DNA from: Candidatus Spongiihabitans sp.
GTDB lineage: Bacteria; Pseudomonadota; Gammaproteobacteria; Arenicellales; Poriferihabitantaceae
DNA length: 64,000 nt
Assembly: GCA_965237725.1 (NCBI GenBank)
Contig: OZ250151.1
Coordinates: forward strand, 2,435,086 to 2,499,085
Reading direction: 5' to 3'
Shown: piece by piece, positions 42,753 through 52,372 of the stretch
Position numbering within the stretch: position 1 is the first letter of the stretch
How the letters are laid out: every line of letters begins with the position of its first letter
Translations under genes and position numbers: made by a program
The notes under the pieces: model-generated
Database searches by the model: none
What the model saw: only the letters and a program-made list of their open reading frames with translations
Told to the model about the DNA's origin: nothing

Positions 42753-44464
42753 GGTATAAGTGGCGGATAAATCCAGCCGTCGGCGTCAAATTCATTGAAT
42801 TCGTCGGGGAATGGGGCATGCTGATACATATTAATCCGCACCCAGCGATCAGATTTCGGATCAAATTTATTGGCGCCGAAGAAGGACAACTTACATCGCA
42901 ACAAGTCCACCGGCATCATGGTTGATGACAGCAGGTTGTCCTGAATTTCCGAGTAATCCAATTTGTCCGTAATCTGGATACGACGCAGGCTATGACGATG
43001 CTGGGGGTGTTTAAGCGCAAAGTTCGCAATGATTTGATCAGCACCAAACTCATCAGCATAACTTTTTAAGTCATCATATAAATTCGAAACATCCCGACCA
43101 TAGGACAATGGGTGTTCTTTCTCTGCGCCGGGCTCATCGTAGCGTTCCCCTACTCGAGGTTCGAGCTTTTCCTCGGAGTAATACCAAAACCGAGCCGAGT
43201 TTTCTTTGATTGAATAATCAATTACCAGCGCCCAGGCATATTTTTGTTTGATAATTTTCAGCGCATCAGCGATGGTCGCACTACCATCGATGGGAAAGTG
43301 CTGGGCTTCATCGATGGCCATGGTGTCCGCCAGATCATCAACAAATTCTCCGTGGGGTTCAATCACCAGGCTGACCACCATCTCCTGGCCTTCAATACTT
43401 AATGCAGATTCCGACCATTGCACCAGCTGATCCCAGGGTCGAGGCATTTTTAATCCAGGCGTTTTGACATAAGCCATCAGTTTCAACAAATCCTGTTTCA
43501 GTTCCTGGACACGCTGGTGCTGTCTTTCATCCGCGGTATTCCAGCTTTCAACACCGAGCATCATTCGGGAAATCAATTCGCTAAAACGGTTTTGGGACTG
43601 AGGATCGCTTTGTTCGATATTCCGCACCCGGGCCAGGGCAGTTTCCCGGGCCAGCATCCAGCTGTGAATCAACGACGGATGGAGAATCAGAAAGGGCGCC
43701 ATACCGAGACCGGTAGAATTGCCCACCCCCAGTCGTCGCCGCAGATCAGAATTTAATTGAATCGCCTGATCGCCGCCTTCGACCCGAGCCATGTGCTCTA
43801 CGATGTCCACCGTAAACCCGCGTATCAACCACACCGCCAGCAACTCCGAATGAAACGCAGAGCGAAATTCCGGCCGGTTGGATATGCGGTCTCGGTCACC
43901 AATGCCAAATTTGCCATTACCATAAACCGCGGTGGTGCGCATCAGATATCCCACGCTATCCAGAGATTCCGCATCGGGCTGAATACCTTTTGCCAAACAG
44001 GTTTTCACATGCTCAAACAGGCGCACACTGCGATTGGCCCGGGCCAGCACCAGTTCACTCTGGGAACAATGTCCCGCCTCCTGTTTCGGCACATTGGCGC
44101 GCAATCGTTCGATATCCTCTTCGCTGGGTATGCCATCGAACAAGGTAAATGCAGCGTCCCATTCTGTGGCAATCACTCGGTCCGAGCGTTTCTCCGGTGG
44201 CAGGTCATTGGCATAGCATATTAATGAATAGGTATTTTCCGGACCCGTAGCCTGGTAAATCGCTACACCCACGCCCTTGTGGTTCACATCCCAAACCGTG
44301 CGTTCAAATTGCCAGTCATTGTCTTTGAGTGAGCGCAACAGCGCGCGCATGAAACTTAAGCGCGTCTGATGAAAACAACCCATGCGGTCCATGCGCATGA
44401 CAACCTCAGGGGGCCGCAATGGCACCGTCTGGGTGCTGGGGTTTATAATTTCAGTTTCAGTCAA
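42749..44464 (-). CDS. Large conserved-looking hypothetical protein (571 aa), no family recognised
   Basis: A long uninterrupted ORF, soluble-looking with no TM helices, tightly coupled to the downstream 222-aa gene. Divergent from a PqqD-like gene across a 120-bp AT-rich spacer. Confidence 0.6.
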   Translation of the reverse strand: MTETEIINPSTQTVPLRPPEVVMRMDRMGCFHQTRLSFMRALLRSLKDNDWQFERTVWDVNHKGVGVAIYQATGPENTYSLICYANDLPPEKRSDRVIATEWDAAFTLFDGIPSEEDIERLRANVPKQEAGHCSQSELVLARANRSVRLFEHVKTCLAKGIQPDAESLDSVGYLMRTTAVYGNGKFGIGDRDRISNRPEFRSAFHSELLAVWLIRGFTVDIVEHMARVEGGDQAIQLNSDLRRRLGVGNSTGLGMAPFLILHPSLIHSWMLARETALARVRNIEQSDPQSQNRFSELISRMMLGVESWNTADERQHQRVQELKQDLLKLMAYVKTPGLKMPRPWDQLVQWSESALSIEGQEMVVSLVIEPHGEFVDDLADTMAIDEAQHFPIDGSATIADALKIIKQKYAWALVIDYSIKENSARFWYYSEEKLEPRVGERYDEPGAEKEHPLSYGRDVSNLYDDLKSYADEFGADQIIANFALKHPQHRHSLRRIQITDKLDYSEIQDNLLSSTMMPVDLLRCKLSFFGANKFDPKSDRWVRINMYQHAPFPDEFNEFDADGWIYPPLIP

Positions 44465-44584
44465 TTAATACGATGCCAATTTATAAAGAGTTTGATAATA
44501 TAGCGCAAATATTTTTATTGAAACCCAATTCAAAATTTACATTTAATTTTTTCTTTAATATTTTTTGAGATTAGCCAGGACAAC

Positions 44585-44896
44585 ATGAACGATACCACTA
44601 CGGTAACATTTCCAGCTACATCTATACCCAAGCAGCGTCCAGGTTATGAACTTCAGAAAACAGCTTGCTGCTATTTTTTGAAAGATAGCGAAGCTGATAA
44701 ACTGGTAAAGTTAAACGACTCCAGTGTGTTGATCTGGCAGGTATGCACCGGCGAATGGTCGGTTGGAGAAATCATTGACGTGCTCAAGGAAAGTTACCCC
44801 GATGCAGCGGATTCCATGGAAGAAGATGTCCACCGCACTCTCGATTTGTTGGTAGAGGAAGGGGTGATCGATATTCCAGATGCTGGTCTCAATTAA
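44585..44896 (+). CDS. PqqD-family protein (RiPP-recognition-element-like small peptide-binding domain)
   Basis: 103 aa. LNDSSVLIWQVCTGEWSVGEIIDVLKESYPDAADSMEEDVHRTLDLLVEEGVI fits the PqqD pattern (LN.tg..IW.l.dG..tv.eI...l...y......v..Dv..fl..L...gli). Confidence 0.7.
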   Translation: MNDTTTVTFPATSIPKQRPGYELQKTACCYFLKDSEADKLVKLNDSSVLIWQVCTGEWSVGEIIDVLKESYPDAADSMEEDVHRTLDLLVEEGVIDIPDAGLN

Positions 44897-44968
44897 ATTT
44901 TCGAGTTAAACTTTTTGAGTAAAATTGGTAAAATTTTTTCCGGGTTAAACCCAAGGAATAAACAATAG

Positions 44969-45312
44969 TGGGAGTTGGCCGATAAGCCGGGTTCTGTCGA
45001 GAACAGTTATTCATCTGGGTCGTTTGTCACCAAACGCCTCTAGCAACCTACCCGGATCCAACGCGGGCCACGCCATACGGATCCCTATTCGGTCTTGCTC
45101 CAGGTGGGGTTTACCCTGCCGCTAAAGTTACCAGTAGCGCGGTGCGCTCTTACCGCACCATTTCACCCTTACCTTATAAAAAGGCGGTATATTTTCTGTG
45201 GCACTAGCCGTCAGCTCACGCTGCCCAGGAATTACCTGGCACCTTCGCCCTATGGAGCCCGGACTTTCCTCGATATCCCGAAGGATAGCGCAACTGTCTG
45301 GCCAACTCCCGA
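44969..45312 (-). ncRNA. rnpB: RNase P RNA, bacterial type A
   Basis: The minus strand reads GGGAGTTGGCCAGACAG...GAGGAAAGTCCGGGCTCCATAGGGC...GGTAAGGGTGAAATGGTGCGGTAAGAGCGCACCGC...ACAGAACCCGGCTTATCGGCCAACTCCC. It is collinear with E. coli M1 RNA, and the P1 stem closes GGGAGTTGGCC/GGCCAACTCCC. The ends are approximate. Confidence 0.92.
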
Positions 45313-45406
45313 GCCGAGGGTACTGGATCATCTACCGAAAAACAACTGTACAAATCACAGTAACATTTTTCCACAAATATTCATGGCCTAAAAGTATAAT
45401 CGCCGC

Positions 45407-46336
45407 ATGTTCGCCATACCCGCAACAAAACAAACCATCGTCGTAACCCTATTGTTACTCGCTGGCCTTTTGGTCAACACCGACCTGACTTCCCTATTAA
45501 ACTGGATTCAGATATTGGGTATTTGTGTGGGCTTTGTTTATATCTGTTTTATAGTGAACATTCCCGAGGATAAAGCCGCGGCGCTTATGCGCTGGATTTT
45601 TGTTATCGGGATTGCTGCAATACTCCTGCTGATCTGGCATAGCCAGAATGCAATCGTTGCCATTTATCTTGTTGGCGCTACGTTTTTAACGGGTTATTTT
45701 ATAGCCTGCCAGTTCAATCTGACGTCAGGCCATCGCCCTTTGACAACAACAATTAGCATCGCCATTATTGTTAGCCTTATATTAATTTGCTCTCCAACCA
45801 CCATCAGTCGAATCGAAATCAGCCTGATTAACTTACCCGTCCCGAGCAAGTTCTGGCTCTACAGTGACGATGCGCGTCAGGCGCCCCATACAGTTTCAAA
45901 AGGTTTTGGTATGCCTACCATGCATGCTCTTAAAGTACATTTGAATGCAGACAATGTGGGGATTACTGAACCCATGCCTTCGATACGACTCCAGGGACGA
46001 CACGATACGTTGTTCTCCATTGATCGTATTCGATACAAATTTTTACATGTGACTGTTCACCAACTACTGGCTGACAACCTGTCCGAGATAAAGTTGGGTG
46101 AAAACAGCGATGAGGTCATCCTGGAAAAAATACCAACTGGCATATTAATCTCGGATGTGAATCAGGGGGAATCGGTGTGGCTTGATCTTCCCGACCTGGA
46201 TTCCAAAGCGATATCCACCAGCGTAATACTAAAAACCATAGTTGTGAAAGTATTTGTCTGGTTACTGGCCTGTACCGTGTTTTTTAGCTGGGCACCCGGT
46301 CTGCGGCAAGCCAGCGTAGGAGAGTCGGGAAATTGA
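45407..46336 (+). CDS. Hypothetical membrane protein (about 5 N-terminal TM helices, ~130-aa loop domain, 1 C-terminal TM)
   Basis: 309 aa. Hydrophobicity pattern only; no motif recognised. Confidence 0.55.
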   Translation: MFAIPATKQTIVVTLLLLAGLLVNTDLTSLLNWIQILGICVGFVYICFIVNIPEDKAAALMRWIFVIGIAAILLLIWHSQNAIVAIYLVGATFLTGYFIACQFNLTSGHRPLTTTISIAIIVSLILICSPTTISRIEISLINLPVPSKFWLYSDDARQAPHTVSKGFGMPTMHALKVHLNADNVGITEPMPSIRLQGRHDTLFSIDRIRYKFLHVTVHQLLADNLSEIKLGENSDEVILEKIPTGILISDVNQGESVWLDLPDLDSKAISTSVILKTIVVKVFVWLLACTVFFSWAPGLRQASVGESGN

Positions 46337-47538
46337 GTACTGTGAAAAACCTGTCCAAAAAACTGGCTATCCCCTGGTGGTACTGGATGTGGGGAATCCA
46401 CATACTGCTGGTCGGCTCGCTATATCTTTACATGTTCACCCCATACAAGACCGACTGGTTCAAGCTGATGTTTCCAACCATCAGCCTGGGCCAGGAAGAA
46501 AACTATGCCGTGTGGTGGTCGGGAATTTGTCTGTTTATTGCATCTTCGCTGTTTTATAAGATTGCCAGCGCCAATCCGACGCTTAAGTCATCCTGGAAGT
46601 GGGGGGTTTTATCCCTGGCTATGCTTGCCCTGGCCTTTGATGAAATTGGTTCGCTACATGAAGTTGTGAGTAAATTTGGTGGTTGGGAAGCGTTGATTCC
46701 CTTTGCCCTGATTTTTATCGTCGGCTTTATGGCAGCACTATTTGTTTTAGTGCGAACCCCGGGTTACCGTATTGCCGCTGTATTGATATTTCTTGGTATT
46801 GCATTGTTCGCCTCGGTAGCGCTTCTGGAATTTGTCGAACACAATCTGGAATTGACCAATCGTCAGCAAAGACGCCGCCTGCTTATCGAGGAAGGGGTTG
46901 AGTTGTTTGCGATGTCTTTGATCATCATCGCCGGCTTAATCTCGATGAAACGCGAAGGCATAACTCAACGCAGTTTGTCCGAGGTGATCGGAAACACCCG
47001 GCAGCTGTTTTTTCATCCGACACTGGTTTTTGCGTTGTTCGGAATTCAATTTGTAGCGATTAGCGGATTTGCGGTTCCCCATGCGGGGATGTTTTCTGAG
47101 GGCAATCCCGCCAGCGTGTTTCCAATTTTCATGTACTACATCCTTTCGATGATGTGTATTCACATTGGCCATGTGCAACGCAATTATGTACTGTGGTGGG
47201 GATTTGCCGGATTATTTCTGTTTACCTCGTTGTGTCAGATTCTCAGCGTCATTTCATTAATACTGCGATTGCAGTTTAATTTTTATTATTTTCTCTATCC
47301 ACCCAGCACCTGGATGGTCACCCTGATACCCATGGCCGTGCTTTGCGCCGTATTCCTTTTTAATCGCTGGATTTCGTTAAGGAAACTAATTCCGGAATTG
47401 ATTCTGGTGTTTTGTGTGATCATCTTTTTATACCCGGACAATCACTCATACATGGTTTATTTTTTATTCAGCAGCTGTACGGCATTATTTTGTTACCGCC
47501 TGCTCAACCACTACGTCCAATCTTTGGCCGACGAGTGA
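46333..47538 (+). CDS. Hypothetical polytopic membrane protein (~10-12 TM)
   Basis: 401 aa. The TTG start overlaps the upstream stop (aaTTGA); an alternative GTG lies at 46342. No motif recognised. Confidence 0.55.
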   Translation: MSTVKNLSKKLAIPWWYWMWGIHILLVGSLYLYMFTPYKTDWFKLMFPTISLGQEENYAVWWSGICLFIASSLFYKIASANPTLKSSWKWGVLSLAMLALAFDEIGSLHEVVSKFGGWEALIPFALIFIVGFMAALFVLVRTPGYRIAAVLIFLGIALFASVALLEFVEHNLELTNRQQRRRLLIEEGVELFAMSLIIIAGLISMKREGITQRSLSEVIGNTRQLFFHPTLVFALFGIQFVAISGFAVPHAGMFSEGNPASVFPIFMYYILSMMCIHIGHVQRNYVLWWGFAGLFLFTSLCQILSVISLILRLQFNFYYFLYPPSTWMVTLIPMAVLCAVFLFNRWISLRKLIPELILVFCVIIFLYPDNHSYMVYFLFSSCTALFCYRLLNHYVQSLADE

Positions 47539-47547
47539 AGCCCTGAT

Positions 47548-48396
47548 CTAGACGTCTTGCTGTTTAAACTCCAGAGCGAGTTCATACAACCGATTTTTAT
47601 TAACATCGAAAGTTTTACTGGCAATTTTTGCCGCCTGTTTTACCGACATGGTTTCAACCAGCAATTTAAGCAAACGAATTGCTGAATCGAGCTCAGCATC
47701 ATCATTACTTTTTACCGCAACAACGATGACAAACTCGCCTTTCAGATTCATCGCATCCTGATCGATTTGAGCAATCACCGCATCAAAACTGCCGAAATAG
47801 AATGATTCAAATTTCTTGGTCATTTCTCTGGCAATGGTGACTTCGGTGTCACCGCCAAAACACTTCGCCATGTCATCCAGAGTGGCTCTGATCCGATGGC
47901 TGGATTCGTAAAATACCAGGGTACGGGTTTCATTTGACATCGCTTCGAGGCGCTGGCATCGCTGACCAGATTTTGCCGGCAAAAACCCCTCGAAAGTAAA
48001 TCGATCCGTTGGTAAACCGCTGGCACTGATCGCCGCGATAATGGCGCTTGGCCCGGGAACCGGTGAGATTTCGATACCATTGATTCTGGCGTGCCGGACC
48101 AGACGGTATCCGGGATCGCTGATTAATGGTGTGCCCGCATCGCTGATCAATGCGATGCTAGTTCCATCGCGAAGCAATTCCAGAATGCTCTCAAAACTCG
48201 CATCTTCATTATGCTCGTGAAAGGAACGGGTTTTGGTTGATATGCCAAATTTGGATAGCAATACGCCAGCGTGGCGGGTATCTTCAGCCAGGATTAACGC
48301 TACCTGTGATAATACTGATTTTGCCCGTTCGCTGATGTCATCGAGATTTCCGATGGGGGTCGCAACTATGAATAATTTTCCTGGATTGTTGTTCAT
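47548..48396 (-). CDS. rsmI: 16S rRNA (cytidine1402-2'-O)-methyltransferase
   Basis: 282 aa. LFIVATPIGNLDDIS, EDTRH and SDAGTPLISDPG motifs. Divergent from lpoA as in E. coli (yraL/yraM). Confidence 0.95.
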   Translation of the reverse strand: MNNNPGKLFIVATPIGNLDDISERAKSVLSQVALILAEDTRHAGVLLSKFGISTKTRSFHEHNEDASFESILELLRDGTSIALISDAGTPLISDPGYRLVRHARINGIEISPVPGPSAIIAAISASGLPTDRFTFEGFLPAKSGQRCQRLEAMSNETRTLVFYESSHRIRATLDDMAKCFGGDTEVTIAREMTKKFESFYFGSFDAVIAQIDQDAMNLKGEFVIVVAVKSNDDAELDSAIRLLKLLVETMSVKQAAKIASKTFDVNKNRLYELALEFKQQDV

Positions 48397-48473
48397 CTTT
48401 GCTGTTCCTTAGTGGGTCTCGTATACTTTGACACTAAATTTAGTCGATACCGAAAACCTGAGAATATAACAAT

Positions 48474-50732
48474 ATGACTCCCAATGGCCGAATAAAACCT
48501 GCCCACAGTGCCGGGGAGAACTGTTTATGGACCCTGATATCGCTTAACAGGCAATGGCTTTTCAGAAAACTGTCAGTGCTCGCGATCTGCGCACTACTCG
48601 GCAGTTGCACGCTATCGTCAAATTATCTGCCCAGAACGACCCCTGTGGTAGATGAGACGACAACAGATGAAGGATCTGAAATTGAAGAACAGGGTGCAAT
48701 AACCCATGCTTTTGTCGATGAAACAGAAATTGTCGTCATAGAAGATCCGTGGGAGCTGGTAGATCGCGCCAATGGTGCCGAACCATCTGAAGTCCCGGAA
48801 TTATTGATTCGTGCGACGGAAGAATTCCTCAATCGAGGCCAGCTGTTCACTGCGGAAACATTGGTTACGCGAATCCAGAGTTACCCCTTAAGCCCCGAGG
48901 AAAATTATTCACTGCAATTCATTCGCGCACGGCTCGCCAGTGAATTTGGACAACATAAACGGGCAATGTCATTGCTATTCAGACTGAATCGCGGTGAGAT
49001 TCACGATCTAAATAGGAAAATCCAGTATTTGGGAATAATTGCGAATTCACAAATTGCACTAGACCGAACAGCCGATGCAGTGAACACCTTGCTCGAACTA
49101 GATCCGTTGTTAGCCGATGGCGAGCAACTGGAAAATCAGAGACAATTATTAAAATTGCTGCAGTCCATGGACGATCTCCAGATTGCGTTGTTAAGAGAAA
49201 ATTCCAGTAACAATGTGCTCGAAGGCTGGTTGGCGCTGGTTGATACATTGAAAGCTACCACCCCAACCTATCGAAAGGCGGACATCGAAAGCTGGCGCTC
49301 GGTTTATTTAAACCATCCTGTGCAGGTTCAGCTGTTGGTCCCCGGAGCAGGTTCTGCCCGCAGCGAAAAATATAATCAGATCGCGCTTCTATTACCGCTA
49401 ACCTCCCAATACGGCAATGCTGCAAAGGCCTTTTATGATGGTTTTATGCAGGCCCACGCCAGTAATTATGCTTTTCATCAGCCCCAAGTTCTTTTATACG
49501 ATATTGGCGAAGAATCTTTTCTGACCTCATTTTATTACCAGGCGGCGGTAAAAGACGGCGCGGATTTTGTGGTTGGACCCCTGGGCCGTGATGCCGCAGA
49601 AAATCTGCTGAACAGCCAGCAGCCTGCTGTACCAACCCTGGTTATTGCCGAAATACCCGAGCAAAATGTTTCAGAAAATCTGTTTGGCATAAGCCTGTCT
49701 CCGGAACAAGAAGCTGCCCAGGTTGCTCAAAAAGCATTCGCTGACGGTCATCGACAGGCCACAATTTTTCGTAGCGAATCCGAATGGGGACAACGAGTGG
49801 CCAACGCGTTTGCCCAAAACTGGCAGGATCTTGGCGGCATCGTCGTCAAAAACAGTTATTTTCCCAAAGACATTTCTGACTACACCCGTATCATTCAGCA
49901 ATTTCTGGATTTGGACGAAAGCATCGTACGACATCGTTTGGTGGAAGCAAAAGCTGGGATTAGTCTGAAATTTACCCCAAGGCGCCGCGATGACATGGAC
50001 TTGCTATTTCTCGCCGCCAACGCTGGACAGGGACGACTGGTTGTACCGCAATTGCGCTTTTTCCAGGCTCACGACTTGCCGATTTATGCTACCTCCTACA
50101 TATTTGACGGTGATCCAAATCCCGGAATGGACGCAGATTTGGACGGATTAATTTTTGGGGATATGAAATGGATGCTGGACAGTGTTGCTATATACAAGGA
50201 AAAAGTTGCTACGGAAGCGGCCAAAAAACAGGCTGAGAAAGACATAGCCGCTGAGGCTGAGGCGGCGGCCCTAGCAGACGAAGAGGCAGAGTCGGAAAAC
50301 AATGATGAACCCGGTGACGTCCTCGCCATGGAAGATGACGATCTGGTTAGTGATGGCCTTTACCAGGGCGAGGGCGAGGATGAGGAAGTTGAAAGTATAC
50401 TGGTTGAACCTGTGGATGAACTCGCGGTTTCTGAATACGATTTTTCAGCCAACGTTGATAATGACCTGGCCGGTCGAAACGCGCTATCAGCTAGCAGAAG
50501 CCCTTACCAGAATTCTTCTCTGGACCGATTATATGCCCTTGGCCTACAAAGCTACCCGCTCATTCCCCAGTTAATCACCCTGAGAAAAGATGACTGGGGC
50601 ACTTTTTATGGTGAGGCAATGACGGTAAGCGTAAATCCCAATGGTAGCGTCGAGCGACACCCAACCTGGGCGAAATTTGAATCGGGACTGGCTGAACCGA
50701 TTAACCCCGTCGATCGCATTGTCACGGATTAA
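48474..50732 (+). CDS. lpoA: Penicillin-binding protein activator LpoA (outer-membrane lipoprotein), with an acidic insertion
   Basis: 752 aa. Lipobox LLGSC, an N-terminal TPR-like region and a C-terminal periplasmic-binding-protein-like domain (VVGPLGRD). rsmI/lpoA-yraN-dolP synteny. The start codon is uncertain because the signal peptide lies ~45 aa into the track ORF. Confidence 0.8.
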   Translation: MTPNGRIKPAHSAGENCLWTLISLNRQWLFRKLSVLAICALLGSCTLSSNYLPRTTPVVDETTTDEGSEIEEQGAITHAFVDETEIVVIEDPWELVDRANGAEPSEVPELLIRATEEFLNRGQLFTAETLVTRIQSYPLSPEENYSLQFIRARLASEFGQHKRAMSLLFRLNRGEIHDLNRKIQYLGIIANSQIALDRTADAVNTLLELDPLLADGEQLENQRQLLKLLQSMDDLQIALLRENSSNNVLEGWLALVDTLKATTPTYRKADIESWRSVYLNHPVQVQLLVPGAGSARSEKYNQIALLLPLTSQYGNAAKAFYDGFMQAHASNYAFHQPQVLLYDIGEESFLTSFYYQAAVKDGADFVVGPLGRDAAENLLNSQQPAVPTLVIAEIPEQNVSENLFGISLSPEQEAAQVAQKAFADGHRQATIFRSESEWGQRVANAFAQNWQDLGGIVVKNSYFPKDISDYTRIIQQFLDLDESIVRHRLVEAKAGISLKFTPRRRDDMDLLFLAANAGQGRLVVPQLRFFQAHDLPIYATSYIFDGDPNPGMDADLDGLIFGDMKWMLDSVAIYKEKVATEAAKKQAEKDIAAEAEAAALADEEAESENNDEPGDVLAMEDDDLVSDGLYQGEGEDEEVESILVEPVDELAVSEYDFSANVDNDLAGRNALSASRSPYQNSSLDRLYALGLQSYPLIPQLITLRKDDWGTFYGEAMTVSVNPNGSVERHPTWAKFESGLAEPINPVDRIVTD

Positions 50733-50753
50733 TCGTTATCTCTGTGTTTTGAT

Positions 50754-51113
50754 TTGAAGGCAAAACACCTGCAGCGAGGAGAAGATGTGGAAACTGCTTC
50801 TCGACAACACCTGGAATCCAGGGGCCTGAGATTTTTGCAAAAGAATTTCCGGTCAAAATATGGCGAACTTGATTTGATTATGATGGATAATCAGGACCTG
50901 GTTTTTGTAGAGGTGCGTTATCGAAAAAATGATCTTTTTGGTGGCGCTGCACAAAGCATAAATGCACAAAAACAATTAAAATTACGGCGCACTGCAGAAT
51001 CGTTTCTACAAAAGTATGCGACCCTAAAATTTGATGGTTGCCGGTTCGATGTGGTTGCAGTAAGCGGCAATCAGTCAGATTATAAATTTGACTGGATATG
51101 TGATGCTTTTTAA
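50754..51113 (+). CDS. yraN: YraN-family (UPF0102) predicted endonuclease
   Basis: 119 aa, TTG start. GELDLIMMDNQDLVFVEVRYR core. Synteny after lpoA. Confidence 0.85.
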   Translation: MKAKHLQRGEDVETASRQHLESRGLRFLQKNFRSKYGELDLIMMDNQDLVFVEVRYRKNDLFGGAAQSINAQKQLKLRRTAESFLQKYATLKFDGCRFDVVAVSGNQSDYKFDWICDAF

Positions 51114-51228
51114 TCGCCTGAAAAACAAAAAGAGTTTAGCGCGAATCAGGAAAGGTTCAGCAAACAGGATATACTATTGCCGAGTGTTAGAACTTTCATG
51201 TACGTGACATAAACCAGAGACTAAAAAT

Positions 51229-51843
51229 ATGCCCCAGTTTATAAAGACAAGAATCCCCTCAGTAAAAACCATTTGTTTAAGTTTGCTGTTAATTTTTAGC
51301 TTGCAAGTTTTAACCGCCTGCGTACCAATTTTTCTCGGCACAGCAACGGTAACCGCGATAGATCTGATAATGGAACGCCGTACCGTTGGAAGGAATATCG
51401 ATGACAACGCCCTGGAATTGAAATTAAGAAAAGACTATCTGATCGACGAAAAACTGGGGACGCCGGTTAACATCAGCACGACTATCATAAACGGCATTGT
51501 GCTCTTGACTGGGGAAGTTAATACCGATGAACAGCGTCAATATGCAGCGGAAATTGCCAAGCAGTATCAGGAAACCCGGGAAGTTATTAACGAGCTAGAA
51601 TTATCTGGCAGAACGAATTTAAACAGCAGGGCAAACGATACTTATCTCACTGGCAAAGTTAAGTCCAAACTGTTGCGGGCTGACAACGTGCCTTCCACCA
51701 ATATAAAGGTGGTTACCGAACGCGGCAAAGTTTATTTGCTTGGACTTGTGACCACAGCAGAAGCTGAAGCCGCAGTTACTGCAGCCCAAACCGTACGCGG
51801 CGTCACCCATATCGTTAAAGTTTTCGAATACATCGAGCCCTAA
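51229..51843 (+). CDS. dolP: Dual-BON-domain outer-membrane lipoprotein (DolP/YraP-like)
   Basis: 204 aa. Lipobox VLTAC and two BON repeats (INGIVLLTGEV / ERGKVYLLGLV). Synteny with lpoA-yraN; no diaA between them. Confidence 0.8.
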   Translation: MPQFIKTRIPSVKTICLSLLLIFSLQVLTACVPIFLGTATVTAIDLIMERRTVGRNIDDNALELKLRKDYLIDEKLGTPVNISTTIINGIVLLTGEVNTDEQRQYAAEIAKQYQETREVINELELSGRTNLNSRANDTYLTGKVKSKLLRADNVPSTNIKVVTERGKVYLLGLVTTAEAEAAVTAAQTVRGVTHIVKVFEYIEP

Positions 51844-51868
51844 CAACTACAACAAAAAATATATCGAA

Positions 51869-52366
51869 TTGTTCCGTTCACCCTATCAGAACAAAATATT
51901 CCTGTCCCCCAGTAGTCCGGGCTTCGAACAATGGCTTAACCAATTAAACCGGCCACTGGTGTTTACCAATGGTTGTTTCGATATATTGCATCGCGGCCAT
52001 GTCAGTTATTTACAAAGCGCCGCTCAATTAGGCGTCGCTCTGGTTGTTGGACTAAACACCGATGATTCTGTGAGGCGGCTTGGTAAAGATCCGCGCAAGC
52101 CCCTGAACTCGCTCGACGACCGAATGGCGCTGGTGGCTTCCCTTGAAAACGTTGACGCTGTAATTTCATTCGATCAGGAAACACCGCTGGAGTTAATAAA
52201 AGCGGTTCATCCCGAGGTTCTGGTAAAAGGTGGTGATTGGCCTGTGTCTGAAATAGTAGGCGCAGAAGAGGTCAGCGGATGGGGTGGTACGGTGCATTCC
52301 ATAGCATTTGAGTTCGAGCGATCAACTACCGCCCTGATCGATAAAATTTCAAAAGCGAAAGACTAA
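51869..52366 (+). CDS. D-glycero-beta-D-manno-heptose 1-phosphate adenylyltransferase (stand-alone HldE domain II / RfaE2)
   Basis: 165 aa, TTG start. FTNGCFDILHRGHVSYL cytidylyltransferase HxGH motif and the VLVKGGDW block. Confidence 0.85.
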   Translation: MFRSPYQNKIFLSPSSPGFEQWLNQLNRPLVFTNGCFDILHRGHVSYLQSAAQLGVALVVGLNTDDSVRRLGKDPRKPLNSLDDRMALVASLENVDAVISFDQETPLELIKAVHPEVLVKGGDWPVSEIVGAEEVSGWGGTVHSIAFEFERSTTALIDKISKAKD

Positions 52367-52372
52367 ATCAGA

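Noticed and set aside
45095-45446. Three track ORFs (98, 67 and 82 aa) between the PqqD-like gene and the membrane-protein gene
   Set aside because: The region is RNase P RNA (rnpB) on the minus strand. The ORFs are incidental.
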